A stretch of 64,000 nt of DNA. It comes from an uncultured virus (IMG/VR IMGVR_UViG_3300048065_001102). Lineage: Duplodnaviria > Heunggongvirae > Uroviricota > Caudoviricetes. A program made the position numbers and the translations under genes. The notes under the pieces were generated by a model, which had not been told where the DNA came from, ran no database searches, and was given only the letters and a program-made list of their open reading frames with translations. Location: IMG/VR virus record IMGVR_UViG_3300048065_001102; one strand, given 5' to 3'. Shown here piece after piece: positions 56,076 through 64,000 of the stretch (positions within the stretch are counted from its first letter, which is position 1; each line of letters starts with the position of its first letter).

Positions 56076-59000
56076 TTATCTGCATACATTATCATTCAAA
56101 ATAAAATATCTAAATGATCGTTTAAACTCATTTATACGAGTAGATTCGTTTACATCATAATTATATATTCTAATATCATCTACAAGTATCTGAGCACTTA
56201 CAGGAAATATTTGCACCATATTTAATATATTTTCTAAAAAACTTCCATTTACATTTTTTTTACTTGAAATTAAATAGTTGTTTTTAAATACTTCAATTTT
56301 ACTTGTTTCCAACCCATCATCTATTGTTTTGCTTTTTATGACTGCTAAACAAACCCAATCATTTTTAGATGAAGTTTCCTGTGCAAATAAATAACCACTT
56401 CCGTACTTTACATCTCCGTTTGAATAAATAACAAATTCATTATTTTCATTGTTAGAAATCTCAGAATTATCCGAAATTCTAAAAATTGGTATTTTATTCA
56501 TTTCAATGTTTTTAAACCAAATAAAAATACTAAAATTATCCAAAAATATTTTTTTATCAAGTGGTGTTTGCAAATCCAAATCTGAAATTTTCGAGATGTC
56601 ATATATTGGATCATCGTTGAAAGCACCCGTTATATCTGTTGTGATGGTGTCATATCCAATCGTTGCACCAAGGTGATTGTATTTTCCACTTTTATCGAAA
56701 ATAATATGTGACTTCTCACTTAACTTACCATACTCTTTTCCAAAATCCCACCAAGCCTCCATTTCAGTTTCTATATCATCAAATGAATCATGCACTCTTT
56801 GTAAATCAGTTTTTGAATCAAAGTGAAATAATGAAACATCTGTTAAATTATTTTGGTCTGTTTTATATGAACCGTGGTGTACCACACAGTAATCGTCTGT
56901 AACCAAACACGTAGGAGTCGGACTGTTTGTCGGTAAAACTAAATGAGTAACAAACTCAAATGAATCTTCTCCCATATACTCAAACAAATAAACAAAATTC
57001 GCATTATCAGATGATACTGCCAAATATTTTCCTCCAAATGAAATTTTCTTTCCGAAACTAACTATATTAGAATATTTTAAACCAGACTTTCTATAAGGTG
57101 GTGTAATGCTTGGTATAATTTCATTTTCATTATTTTTAATTTTTCTTATGCTATATCCCTCTGTTGTTTTATCAATTCTATAAACTTCAATTATCGATGG
57201 ACTTGCTTTACTTAGATAATTATCGTTTGGATCAAATTTAAATTTTTCAGAATATGAATTACTAAAAGATGCTAATAAAAAATGGTCTTCATTAAATTCA
57301 ACCTGTGTAAATCCGAATGTTGTCGAATCAAATGAACCATAATAGGTATCAGCATCTTCTAATTTAATTGTTTCTCCTATTCTATATAATAAAATATCAT
57401 AACTATCAAACGCAGATGGATCACTTTCAAGCAATAACAATAGGTCATCTTTTAAAGAAAAGTTTTTTATATTTTCAAATACCTTAAATATACTCCATAA
57501 TCCAGCAAAATTCTTTCTGTATAACAAAAGATCATTCTTAGATAATATAAATAAAATATCATACGAACTAACTAAAGAATTTATCTGTCGTGAATCTTTA
57601 GTAGAAAATTGGAATTTGCTTTTTCCATATTCATACCCACTTGATATATTTTGAGATTTCCATTCCGAATTATCTTTTTCAAAAATATAGAAATCATTCG
57701 TGCTTAACCAAATTAGTAAAATATTTTGATTGTTTGGTGAATCAATGTAATCAAAATCAACGATGAAATCTTTAAATGATGGAAAATTTCCAATTGTTTC
57801 CTCTGATGAAATTGCAAGACCACTTTGCACTAATATATAATAAACTAACTTTAAATTACCAGTTTCATCTACATCCAAACTTAAAATTCTATCATCACTC
57901 AATTTTTTTATAGCATTTGATTTTAATATATTATTAAACACTCTAACATCTTCACTAATTGGTAAATTAGTCTCTACATCTTCAGCCAGAGGAATTGAAA
58001 ATGGTTCTAAGTCTGATATAGAGTCAGTTCCGTCGTATATTTGAGAAATTTCGTAAGGTGATAATGGTTTTTCATAAATTCTTATGTCATCCATTAACCC
58101 CCAATATGAAGAATCTCCTTCCGAATTTGTAAGTTGAATATTTCCAATCACCAAATCATCGTTTGATGAAAAATAATTATTTTGTAAATTTGAAGTTTTG
58201 ACCAACTCTGCGTTATGGTAAATTTTTAATAAACCATCTTCAACCACATAAACTAAATGATTCCAATTACCTGTATTAACATTTAATTTTGATTGGGGTA
58301 TGAAAACACGTTCTTTTGAGTTCGATAGTGAACCATCTGCCCAAACTATAAAAGAATCATTATCAAGTACCTGATATGATGATGATTTAGATAAAATTGC
58401 TCCCATTTTACAATTATTCATATCATCACATTCTCCGTTACCCGTTGTACGAAAACAACATTCAGAATTTTCTAATGAATAAATTGACTTAGGGTTAGTC
58501 CACACCGAAATAGTAAAATTGTTAGAACTAAATGTGCTATTTAATATATTTCCAAGATTTTTTTGTCTTTTTGAATATTGAAAGTTAAATACTTTACCGT
58601 ATTTGTTTTCACTTTCATCTAAGTTTAATATAAATGTAGAATTTACTTTAAAATTAAACTTACTATACAATTCCTCAACCACACCATCACTTCGTAAATA
58701 ATCCGCATCCCATCTTGCAATAATTTTTTGCTCGTTGCATAATGCGTAACTTTGAAAAATATCTTCTGAACAATTACAGAAGATTACTTTATTAACTGGA
58801 TGCGTTATATACCACTTTCTTAAAGATTTATTAAAATGTATTTTCCAATTATCTTTATTTTTATATACAGGTTTATCATCTTTAAATTCAGATGTCAGCT
58901 CATATATACCACCCGCAGATGATACAATTGTATTTATACTTCTTGGTTCTATTTGCGTTGGATAATTTAATAAAAATCTTAAATTAGAATCTACTGAATA

Positions 59001-59258
59001 ATCTGTATTTATTAAATTTTCTAATTTAGAAAACTCGTTTATATTTTTTAAATATATTACCGCACCTGACCCACACCCTATATTAGTAAAATTTAAATTC
59101 AATTCAGCACTCTCTGGATCACTTCTAACCATTAAGGATCCTGATTGTTCTACTAAAAAACAAAACTCAATTAAGTCTTTGTGATCAGCTAATACTACAG
59201 GATCACAATTTTCTGTGCTTGATACTAAACCTAAATTTACATCATATAGATTTTCCAT
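56076..59258 (-). CDS. large modular protein with two LamG-like domains and a propeller-like middle
   Basis: FTISVW..WNHLVYV..YWGLMDDIRIYEKPLS; FSIFIWFK..VDDIRIYN; FGKKISFGGKYLAVSS. Confidence 0.65.
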   Translation of the reverse strand: MENLYDVNLGLVSSTENCDPVVLADHKDLIEFCFLVEQSGSLMVRSDPESAELNLNFTNIGCGSGAVIYLKNINEFSKLENLINTDYSVDSNLRFLLNYPTQIEPRSINTIVSSAGGIYELTSEFKDDKPVYKNKDNWKIHFNKSLRKWYITHPVNKVIFCNCSEDIFQSYALCNEQKIIARWDADYLRSDGVVEELYSKFNFKVNSTFILNLDESENKYGKVFNFQYSKRQKNLGNILNSTFSSNNFTISVWTNPKSIYSLENSECCFRTTGNGECDDMNNCKMGAILSKSSSYQVLDNDSFIVWADGSLSNSKERVFIPQSKLNVNTGNWNHLVYVVEDGLLKIYHNAELVKTSNLQNNYFSSNDDLVIGNIQLTNSEGDSSYWGLMDDIRIYEKPLSPYEISQIYDGTDSISDLEPFSIPLAEDVETNLPISEDVRVFNNILKSNAIKKLSDDRILSLDVDETGNLKLVYYILVQSGLAISSEETIGNFPSFKDFIVDFDYIDSPNNQNILLIWLSTNDFYIFEKDNSEWKSQNISSGYEYGKSKFQFSTKDSRQINSLVSSYDILFILSKNDLLLYRKNFAGLWSIFKVFENIKNFSLKDDLLLLLESDPSAFDSYDILLYRIGETIKLEDADTYYGSFDSTTFGFTQVEFNEDHFLLASFSNSYSEKFKFDPNDNYLSKASPSIIEVYRIDKTTEGYSIRKIKNNENEIIPSITPPYRKSGLKYSNIVSFGKKISFGGKYLAVSSDNANFVYLFEYMGEDSFEFVTHLVLPTNSPTPTCLVTDDYCVVHHGSYKTDQNNLTDVSLFHFDSKTDLQRVHDSFDDIETEMEAWWDFGKEYGKLSEKSHIIFDKSGKYNHLGATIGYDTITTDITGAFNDDPIYDISKISDLDLQTPLDKKIFLDNFSIFIWFKNIEMNKIPIFRISDNSEISNNENNEFVIYSNGDVKYGSGYLFAQETSSKNDWVCLAVIKSKTIDDGLETSKIEVFKNNYLISSKKNVNGSFLENILNMVQIFPVSAQILVDDIRIYNYDVNESTRINEFKRSFRYFILNDNVCR

Positions 59259-59262
59259 ATGA

Positions 59263-59271
59263 TATAAATAT
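59263..59271 (-). promoter_or_regulatory. ATATTTATA motif (putative late promoter)
   Basis: 4 nt upstream of ATG 59258, no SD. Confidence 0.5.
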
Positions 59272-59284
59272 GGTGCTTTCTAAA

Positions 59285-60616
59285 TTAAACTTTTTTAAGT
59301 ATAATCAAAAATGATGTCTCACCGATAAAATTAAAGTCATCAACCCAACTACCAAATTTGTCATGATCGGTAGTTACATTAAGTTCACCTGTGTAACAAT
59401 CACCATCTATATGCAAGAATATGGTATTATCGTTATTGCCACCAGCATTCTTAACACCCTTTACAACTTGAAATCTACATAGTTTTGTCATTTCAGCTGC
59501 TGATGTCGGTAATGTATCTCCTTCAAAGTAACAATAACTTTCTTTACTACCGATACCAGTCCAATCTAGTTTTTCGGAAGGTTCAAACGGATGTAAGTTT
59601 CTTTGATAAATAAGTTCACCTCTCATTTCACCAAAAAGATCAGCAGGTGAAAACGACAAATATCCGTAATTATTTGGAGGTACTGGTATATTAAAATTAG
59701 GTAACACATCTAAAATATTATCAGTATACACATGAGTAGGTAATCCTTTCCACGAAAGAACTCCTGCGTCGGTTGTTGTGTGACTACCAGCAATATCAGA
59801 TTCTCCGACAGACACCTTCCCAACTTCTTCTAAATCAAAAGCACTAAATGTATTGTCAGCTGGTTTACCACATTCAAGTGCAATCAAACTTGGTGAAGGT
59901 GTTGGTGACGGTGTTGAAATTGTACCTATCAATTCTAAATTTACAACATAATCACCTTGCTGTGTTCCTGATTCTATTTTTACAACCTTTCCTGAATAAC
60001 AATTTCCGTCTGCACGTTCATAGTATACCGTAGGTTCACCTGACGAAGGTATTGCCGACAAATTCATATTAATCGTGGGAACTCCCGTTTGGTTTGGAAG
60101 GTAAACATTCATACCAATAGTTGTAGTCGGTACATCATAATCCGATGGTAAATACGCAAAATTTCCTATAATTGTAGGATTAAAATTAATTGTAAAAAAG
60201 TTTGGTACTACAACTTGATTCTCCGTGTGGTTAATTGTCGTATATGATTGTGGTATACATCCTTGCATAACAGTTGGACTTGGAGTTGGACTTGGAGTTG
60301 GACTAGGTGTGCTTATATCAACCTCTGCTACAAAAAGTCCTCTTGGATTATCTCCATTGGGACTTGAATTTGCGTGTGGTATATCAATAGAAGCACCATC
60401 CTCTAACTCAATAATATATCCATACCCACATTCAAGTGTATTAAATACATTAGATGGAGCACCTTTTCTATATGTTGGGTACAAATTACCATCAACTCTA
60501 TATACTCTTTTTATTTCGGCATGGTCTTCTAATTTTATAGATTCACACTTGTTGGTTTGGTGAAGTTCGAAATCTCCATACCATATTAAATTTAATTTAT
60601 CACTCAATACACTCAT
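59285..60616 (-). CDS. modular protein (WYG/LECG module, PS/PT linkers, two ..CY.G modules)
   Basis: LIWYGD...TLECGYGYIIEL..IDIP; DGNCYSG and DGDCYTG. Confidence 0.6.
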   Translation of the reverse strand: MSVLSDKLNLIWYGDFELHQTNKCESIKLEDHAEIKRVYRVDGNLYPTYRKGAPSNVFNTLECGYGYIIELEDGASIDIPHANSSPNGDNPRGLFVAEVDISTPSPTPSPTPSPTVMQGCIPQSYTTINHTENQVVVPNFFTINFNPTIIGNFAYLPSDYDVPTTTIGMNVYLPNQTGVPTINMNLSAIPSSGEPTVYYERADGNCYSGKVVKIESGTQQGDYVVNLELIGTISTPSPTPSPSLIALECGKPADNTFSAFDLEEVGKVSVGESDIAGSHTTTDAGVLSWKGLPTHVYTDNILDVLPNFNIPVPPNNYGYLSFSPADLFGEMRGELIYQRNLHPFEPSEKLDWTGIGSKESYCYFEGDTLPTSAAEMTKLCRFQVVKGVKNAGGNNDNTIFLHIDGDCYTGELNVTTDHDKFGSWVDDFNFIGETSFLIILKKV

Positions 60617-60620
60617 TTTT

Positions 60621-61334
60621 TTACTCCTTCAATATACACACATTGTTTGAAATTTCTCCGGATAAACATTTATCTACAAATTGTCCTGTTGTAACATTAA
60701 GATATATCATTGACCCAGAATCTATATTACCTGTAAAAGTAATATGTCCTATTAGTTGATTATTATGCAACAAATCGACTGCAATTGGTGTACTTGAACT
60801 TGTTGCAGATGGTGTTGGCACTGATAATTTACCAACATATGCAATTCCGGATGAAATTACACCATTTTCTTGATCAGAAACATTTGATTGTGGTGATACA
60901 TCATATATAAGATTTCCAAGTTGTGTACAATATAACTGATCTGCACACGTACTTGAGATATATCCGTCTTGACCAGAAATATGAAAATCTTTTATATCAA
61001 AGTCTTGAACAGCACCACGACTAACAACTATATAACCACGACCACAATCGAGTTCTTGAAAGTTATTATTAAAAAAATGATCAAATGATTTACCTGAAGA
61101 AATTATTTTATTAAAAAGACCTTCTTTATTTTTATTATATGGTGTAAATTTTTCAAAAACATTACCAACATGACCTTGAACATTTGAAACTCTTACAATT
61201 GCACTTAATTTACTACGATCATCTCCTGAATCAGATGTTGATAGAGTTCCGTCTAATAAAAGTCCTGAACAATTTTTCATTGTTTCACAACTTCCGTACC
61301 ATCCAAATTGAACTTTTTTGCTAATTATTCCCAT
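60621..61334 (-). CDS. modular protein (WYG/LECG module plus C-terminal module)
   Basis: FGWYGSC..C...ELDCGRGYIVV; C-domain resembles that of 40833-42041. Confidence 0.6.
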   Translation of the reverse strand: MGIISKKVQFGWYGSCETMKNCSGLLLDGTLSTSDSGDDRSKLSAIVRVSNVQGHVGNVFEKFTPYNKNKEGLFNKIISSGKSFDHFFNNNFQELDCGRGYIVVSRGAVQDFDIKDFHISGQDGYISSTCADQLYCTQLGNLIYDVSPQSNVSDQENGVISSGIAYVGKLSVPTPSATSSSTPIAVDLLHNNQLIGHITFTGNIDSGSMIYLNVTTGQFVDKCLSGEISNNVCILKE

Positions 61335-61337
61335 TGG

Positions 61338-61346
61338 TATAAATAT
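61338..61346 (-). promoter_or_regulatory. ATATTTATA motif (putative late promoter)
   Basis: 3 nt upstream of ATG 61334, no SD. Confidence 0.5.
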
Positions 61347-62512
61347 TATGCATCAGTTAAAATTACCGAGTAATCCCCCCCTTCATCTCGCACTACATTA
61401 CCTTTGTAGCAATTTCCGTCACATGACTCATTATCACCAGTATTACATTTGTAGTATATTACAGGTTGTTCTCCATCTTTTGGTAACATACTCAAATTAA
61501 TAACTGCTATTAATTTTCCATTTTTCTTTACAAATGTAGAGATAGGTTCAGCCGAAGGAATGGGAAAGTCTTCTGCTAAATTAAACGCAAATGTAGAATC
61601 CCCATCAATTGAAAATATAGTACCTAGATCAGTTACAGTACCATCTGCGTTTGCCTCTTCAACCGTAGCATCCTCAATTGTATGTCCGTCTGGTTTACAA
61701 ATATCAACAACCGGAGATGGTGTTGGAACTATTGGGGTAGGTGTAGGCACAATAGGAGTAGGTGTAGGTATGATTGGAGTAGGTGTAGGTATGATTGGAG
61801 TAGGTGTCGGTGTTGGGTCTTCTCCAAAACAAGGTTTAAACCAAATTCCACCCACCTCTTGTCCGTTTATTGTCTGAGAACGAATCTCGAACTCAAATCT
61901 TTCAGCTGTATATACTTTACCATCACAATCAACATATTCAAAGTTTCTAAAATATGGAGATATATTACCATTCATCCACTCAGTATATCTTGGATGTGTA
62001 GTTAAATTGGTTAGTTCTGCTTCTATAAAATCATCAAAGCATTGCTCTGTTGTTACACTCGTATCAATTTCTTCAGGACTTTTTCTCGGTGGACGTACTA
62101 ACCATGTGTTGTTATTATCTCGCACCTCCCATGAAATTGCAGGACACACAGGTGTTGGTGTAGGAGTAGGTGTAGCACCAATACAATCATCAGTAACTCC
62201 AAAATTATTAAGTGATTGAAGTGATGAAGCAAGTGAATTAGGTAAAACAATACCACCACTATTTACAGCATCGTCAGTTAGAGTAACTAAATACATTCTT
62301 CCACATTCAAATTTTGTAATTTGTGTTTTGTTTTCAGATGGATTGTAATTTAAAAAGTCACCAGTAATCTGATTTCCTTCTGAAAAAGTGCTAATTGAAT
62401 GTATAGATGACAACACAGATGAACCTAATTCATCAAAACTTATTTCTGTACAAGTAGACTCTTGACACGTTCCATACCAGACATATTGAAATTTTTTGTT
62501 GATAATACCCAT
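61346..62512 (-). CDS. modular PT-rich protein (WYG/LECG module)
   Basis: VWYGTCQESTC...KFECGRMYLVTL; (IIPTPTP)n repeat at 61720-61817; DGNCYKG. Confidence 0.6.
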   Translation of the reverse strand: MGIINKKFQYVWYGTCQESTCTEISFDELGSSVLSSIHSISTFSEGNQITGDFLNYNPSENKTQITKFECGRMYLVTLTDDAVNSGGIVLPNSLASSLQSLNNFGVTDDCIGATPTPTPTPVCPAISWEVRDNNNTWLVRPPRKSPEEIDTSVTTEQCFDDFIEAELTNLTTHPRYTEWMNGNISPYFRNFEYVDCDGKVYTAERFEFEIRSQTINGQEVGGIWFKPCFGEDPTPTPTPIIPTPTPIIPTPTPIVPTPTPIVPTPSPVVDICKPDGHTIEDATVEEANADGTVTDLGTIFSIDGDSTFAFNLAEDFPIPSAEPISTFVKKNGKLIAVINLSMLPKDGEQPVIYYKCNTGDNESCDGNCYKGNVVRDEGGDYSVILTDA

Positions 62513-62517
62513 TAGAA

Positions 62518-62525
62518 ATAAATAT
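62518..62525 (-). promoter_or_regulatory. ATATTTAT motif (putative late promoter)
   Basis: 5 nt upstream of ATG 62512 at the head of the structural block. Confidence 0.45.
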
Positions 62526-62555
62526 TGACGAATATTTTTTTATAACTTAAACAAA

Positions 62556-62861
62556 TCAAGAAAATGAAATTAATTGTTTAGTAACTCTATTTAGTTCTTC
62601 ATTTCGTAGAAATTTGACAATAATATTAGCATTTTTTGATGCCATTGTAATTCCTGTTTCTTGATTTTTTTCCACAAAATCATCTACAAAATCAAATGCT
62701 CCACGATTTTTTAACCAATACCAATATAAATCTTTTACATCTCGTTCACATTGAATTAAAATTTCATAATTCAAAAAAATACTAGAATATAAGGTAATAT
62801 CACGAAATGCCGAAGTTTCAGAAGGTGGTTCTGTTAATTCAGCATCTATAATTAGTCTCAC
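62556..62861 (-). CDS. hypothetical protein
   Basis: 101-aa ORF, GTGA overlap with upstream gene. Confidence 0.55.
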   Translation of the reverse strand: MRLIIDAELTEPPSETSAFRDITLYSSIFLNYEILIQCERDVKDLYWYWLKNRGAFDFVDDFVEKNQETGITMASKNANIIVKFLRNEELNRVTKQLISFS

Positions 62862-63241
62862 AAATCGTCTCCCACATCATCCTCTTCGTTGAACTCAAGT
62901 CCCATTTTATTAATTACATTCGTCAGAATATATGCCCAGTCATTAGGTTCGGTTGTTTTTTTCATTATAAACTCTATCAAAGCATATACGACTTTATCTA
63001 ATTCTGGGTTATTTTTTTGTACAGAGTTTCCTCCCTTAAAAACAAAGCCAGGTATTTCATTTGATTTCTTTTTAAGTAAAGCAGATACTTCTGAAATTTT
63101 TGTAATATCATCAGGTGAATTTGCTACCTTTGAATATACATCCATAAAATCCTCAAGAGAAGTAACACTTATTATTTCGAACTCAGGTAATATACCGTAT
63201 CTCTGAAGTAAATGTTCTTTTTCATTGTTCGGTTCTTTCAT
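62858..63241 (-). CDS. hypothetical protein
   Basis: Likely start MKEPNN, preceded by motif variant ATACTTATA. Confidence 0.55.
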   Translation of the reverse strand: MKEPNNEKEHLLQRYGILPEFEIISVTSLEDFMDVYSKVANSPDDITKISEVSALLKKKSNEIPGFVFKGGNSVQKNNPELDKVVYALIEFIMKKTTEPNDWAYILTNVINKMGLEFNEEDDVGDDL

Positions 63242-63263
63242 GTCTATAAGTATTATGTATAAA

Positions 63264-63740
63264 TCATTCTTTTGTGATACCAAACAAATTTCCGTGGGTA
63301 TTATGGTAGCAATTATAGCAAACAATTTCTAAGTTTTCTAATAAATGATTACTTCTATCACCATCTTTAAAAGCAAGAACCAGTGGAATTTTGCCATCAG
63401 TAATTCTTGGTTCTGAAAATCCACATACTTCACATTGTTCTTGCTTTAATTTACTTTTTAGTAACTTGATTCGCAATCTGCTCGGTGAATACCCTGGATG
63501 CATTCCCATTAATATTTCTTCAAGTGGATACTTTCCTTTATATGGATTGTGAACCTTTGAAATACCACTTGCATCAACACATTTACACCTTTCCATTATG
63601 TCGTACATCTTTGCATACTTTTTGTATGTATTATAACTTACATTCAGTTTTCTAGCTGCCTCTGCAGCTGAATGACTATTATCTTGTGCAGATTTTATCT
63701 CACTTTCGAGCAAAGGTCTATTTTTTCCTGTATGGGACAT
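63264..63740 (-). CDS. HTH + HNH-like zinc-finger protein
   Basis: SAAEAARKLNVSYNTYKKYA (HTH); CEVCG...DGDRSNH.LENL..VCYNC. Confidence 0.7.
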   Translation of the reverse strand: MSHTGKNRPLLESEIKSAQDNSHSAAEAARKLNVSYNTYKKYAKMYDIMERCKCVDASGISKVHNPYKGKYPLEEILMGMHPGYSPSRLRIKLLKSKLKQEQCEVCGFSEPRITDGKIPLVLAFKDGDRSNHLLENLEIVCYNCYHNTHGNLFGITKE

Positions 63741-63765
63741 AGTTTATAGATATATATTCTAAATG

Positions 63766-63999
63766 TTACTTTTTATTGTAACTCAAATTTTTAAGTTTAC
63801 TTCCTACATTTCTTTTTTGAAATTTAGAAATATCCATATCTAAATTATTACCAAGGAAATCACAAATAAAATACATAACCTCTCTTAGCATTTCAACATC
63901 CCCATTTGCTGTGTGCCAATTTGTTGAATTTATTCCAAGGGAATTTGCGATATTACCAAGTTTTGAACTCAGTGAAATTCTACTTGCATTTTTATATAG
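63766..63999 (-). CDS. DEDDh 3'-5' exonuclease, C-terminal part (runs off window edge)
   Basis: Manual translation ...SSKLGNIANSLGINSTNWHTANGDVEML contains the ExoIII HxAxxD motif. Confidence 0.65.
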   Translation of the reverse strand, partial: LYKNASRISLSSKLGNIANSLGINSTNWHTANGDVEMLREVMYFICDFLGNNLDMDISKFQKRNVGSKLKNLSYNKK

Positions 64000-64000
64000 C

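Noticed and set aside
3536..61346. T4-type late promoters TATAAATA on the plus strand
   Set aside because: They would point antisense to every gene; the spacing to minus-strand ATGs indicates the functional orientation is the reverse complement.
1..64000. Eukaryotic giant virus (NCLDV) origin
   Set aside because: Despite eukaryote-like GT families, the SD sites, GTG/TTG starts, overlapping single-strand operon layout and an intrinsic terminator favour a prokaryotic host.
1..64000. Stop-codon reassignment
   Set aside because: Genes are full-length and densely tiled under the standard code, and TAA, TAG and TGA all end genes at positions matching paralogues.

Overview
AT-rich 64 kb segment with essentially all credible genes on the minus strand, tightly packed and often overlapping (ATGA/TAATG). 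It shows bacterial-type signals (GGAG Shine-Dalgarno sites, GTG/TTG starts, an intrinsic terminator) but no housekeeping genes, transporters, flippases or signal peptides. It most likely comes from a very large (jumbo/huge) bacteriophage; this is inference, since no capsid or terminase gene is in the window. There are two adjoining blocks. (1) About 1-30.6 kb is a glycan-building and decorating cluster: about 17 sulfotransferase-like genes (13 close paralogues, 3 divergent, 1 fragment), about 13 glycosyltransferase-like genes (GT2, GT6, GT8, GT25, GT34, two GT77, two PLOD-type, fucosyltransferase-like, RgpF-like), a GDP-mannose 3,5-epimerase-like enzyme, a nucleotidyltransferase-HAD-kinase fusion, an alpha/beta hydrolase and a GHKL ATPase. 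(2) About 30.6-62.5 kb holds 17 probable structural genes, most of them Cys-rich modular proteins built from a small shared kit of domains: a WYG..C..LECG module in 11 proteins, a CC..CY module, dockerin/EF-hand-like repeats, cohesin-like, LamG, discoidin, CBM5/12-like and BspA-LRR domains, joined by long (Pro-Thr)n stalks. The main hypothesis is a virus-encoded system that O-glycosylates and sulfates mucin-like surface fibres (a sulfated virion glycocalyx), diversified by a recombining sulfotransferase gene array whose ends are conserved at the DNA level. All family calls come from motifs read by eye; no database search was run.
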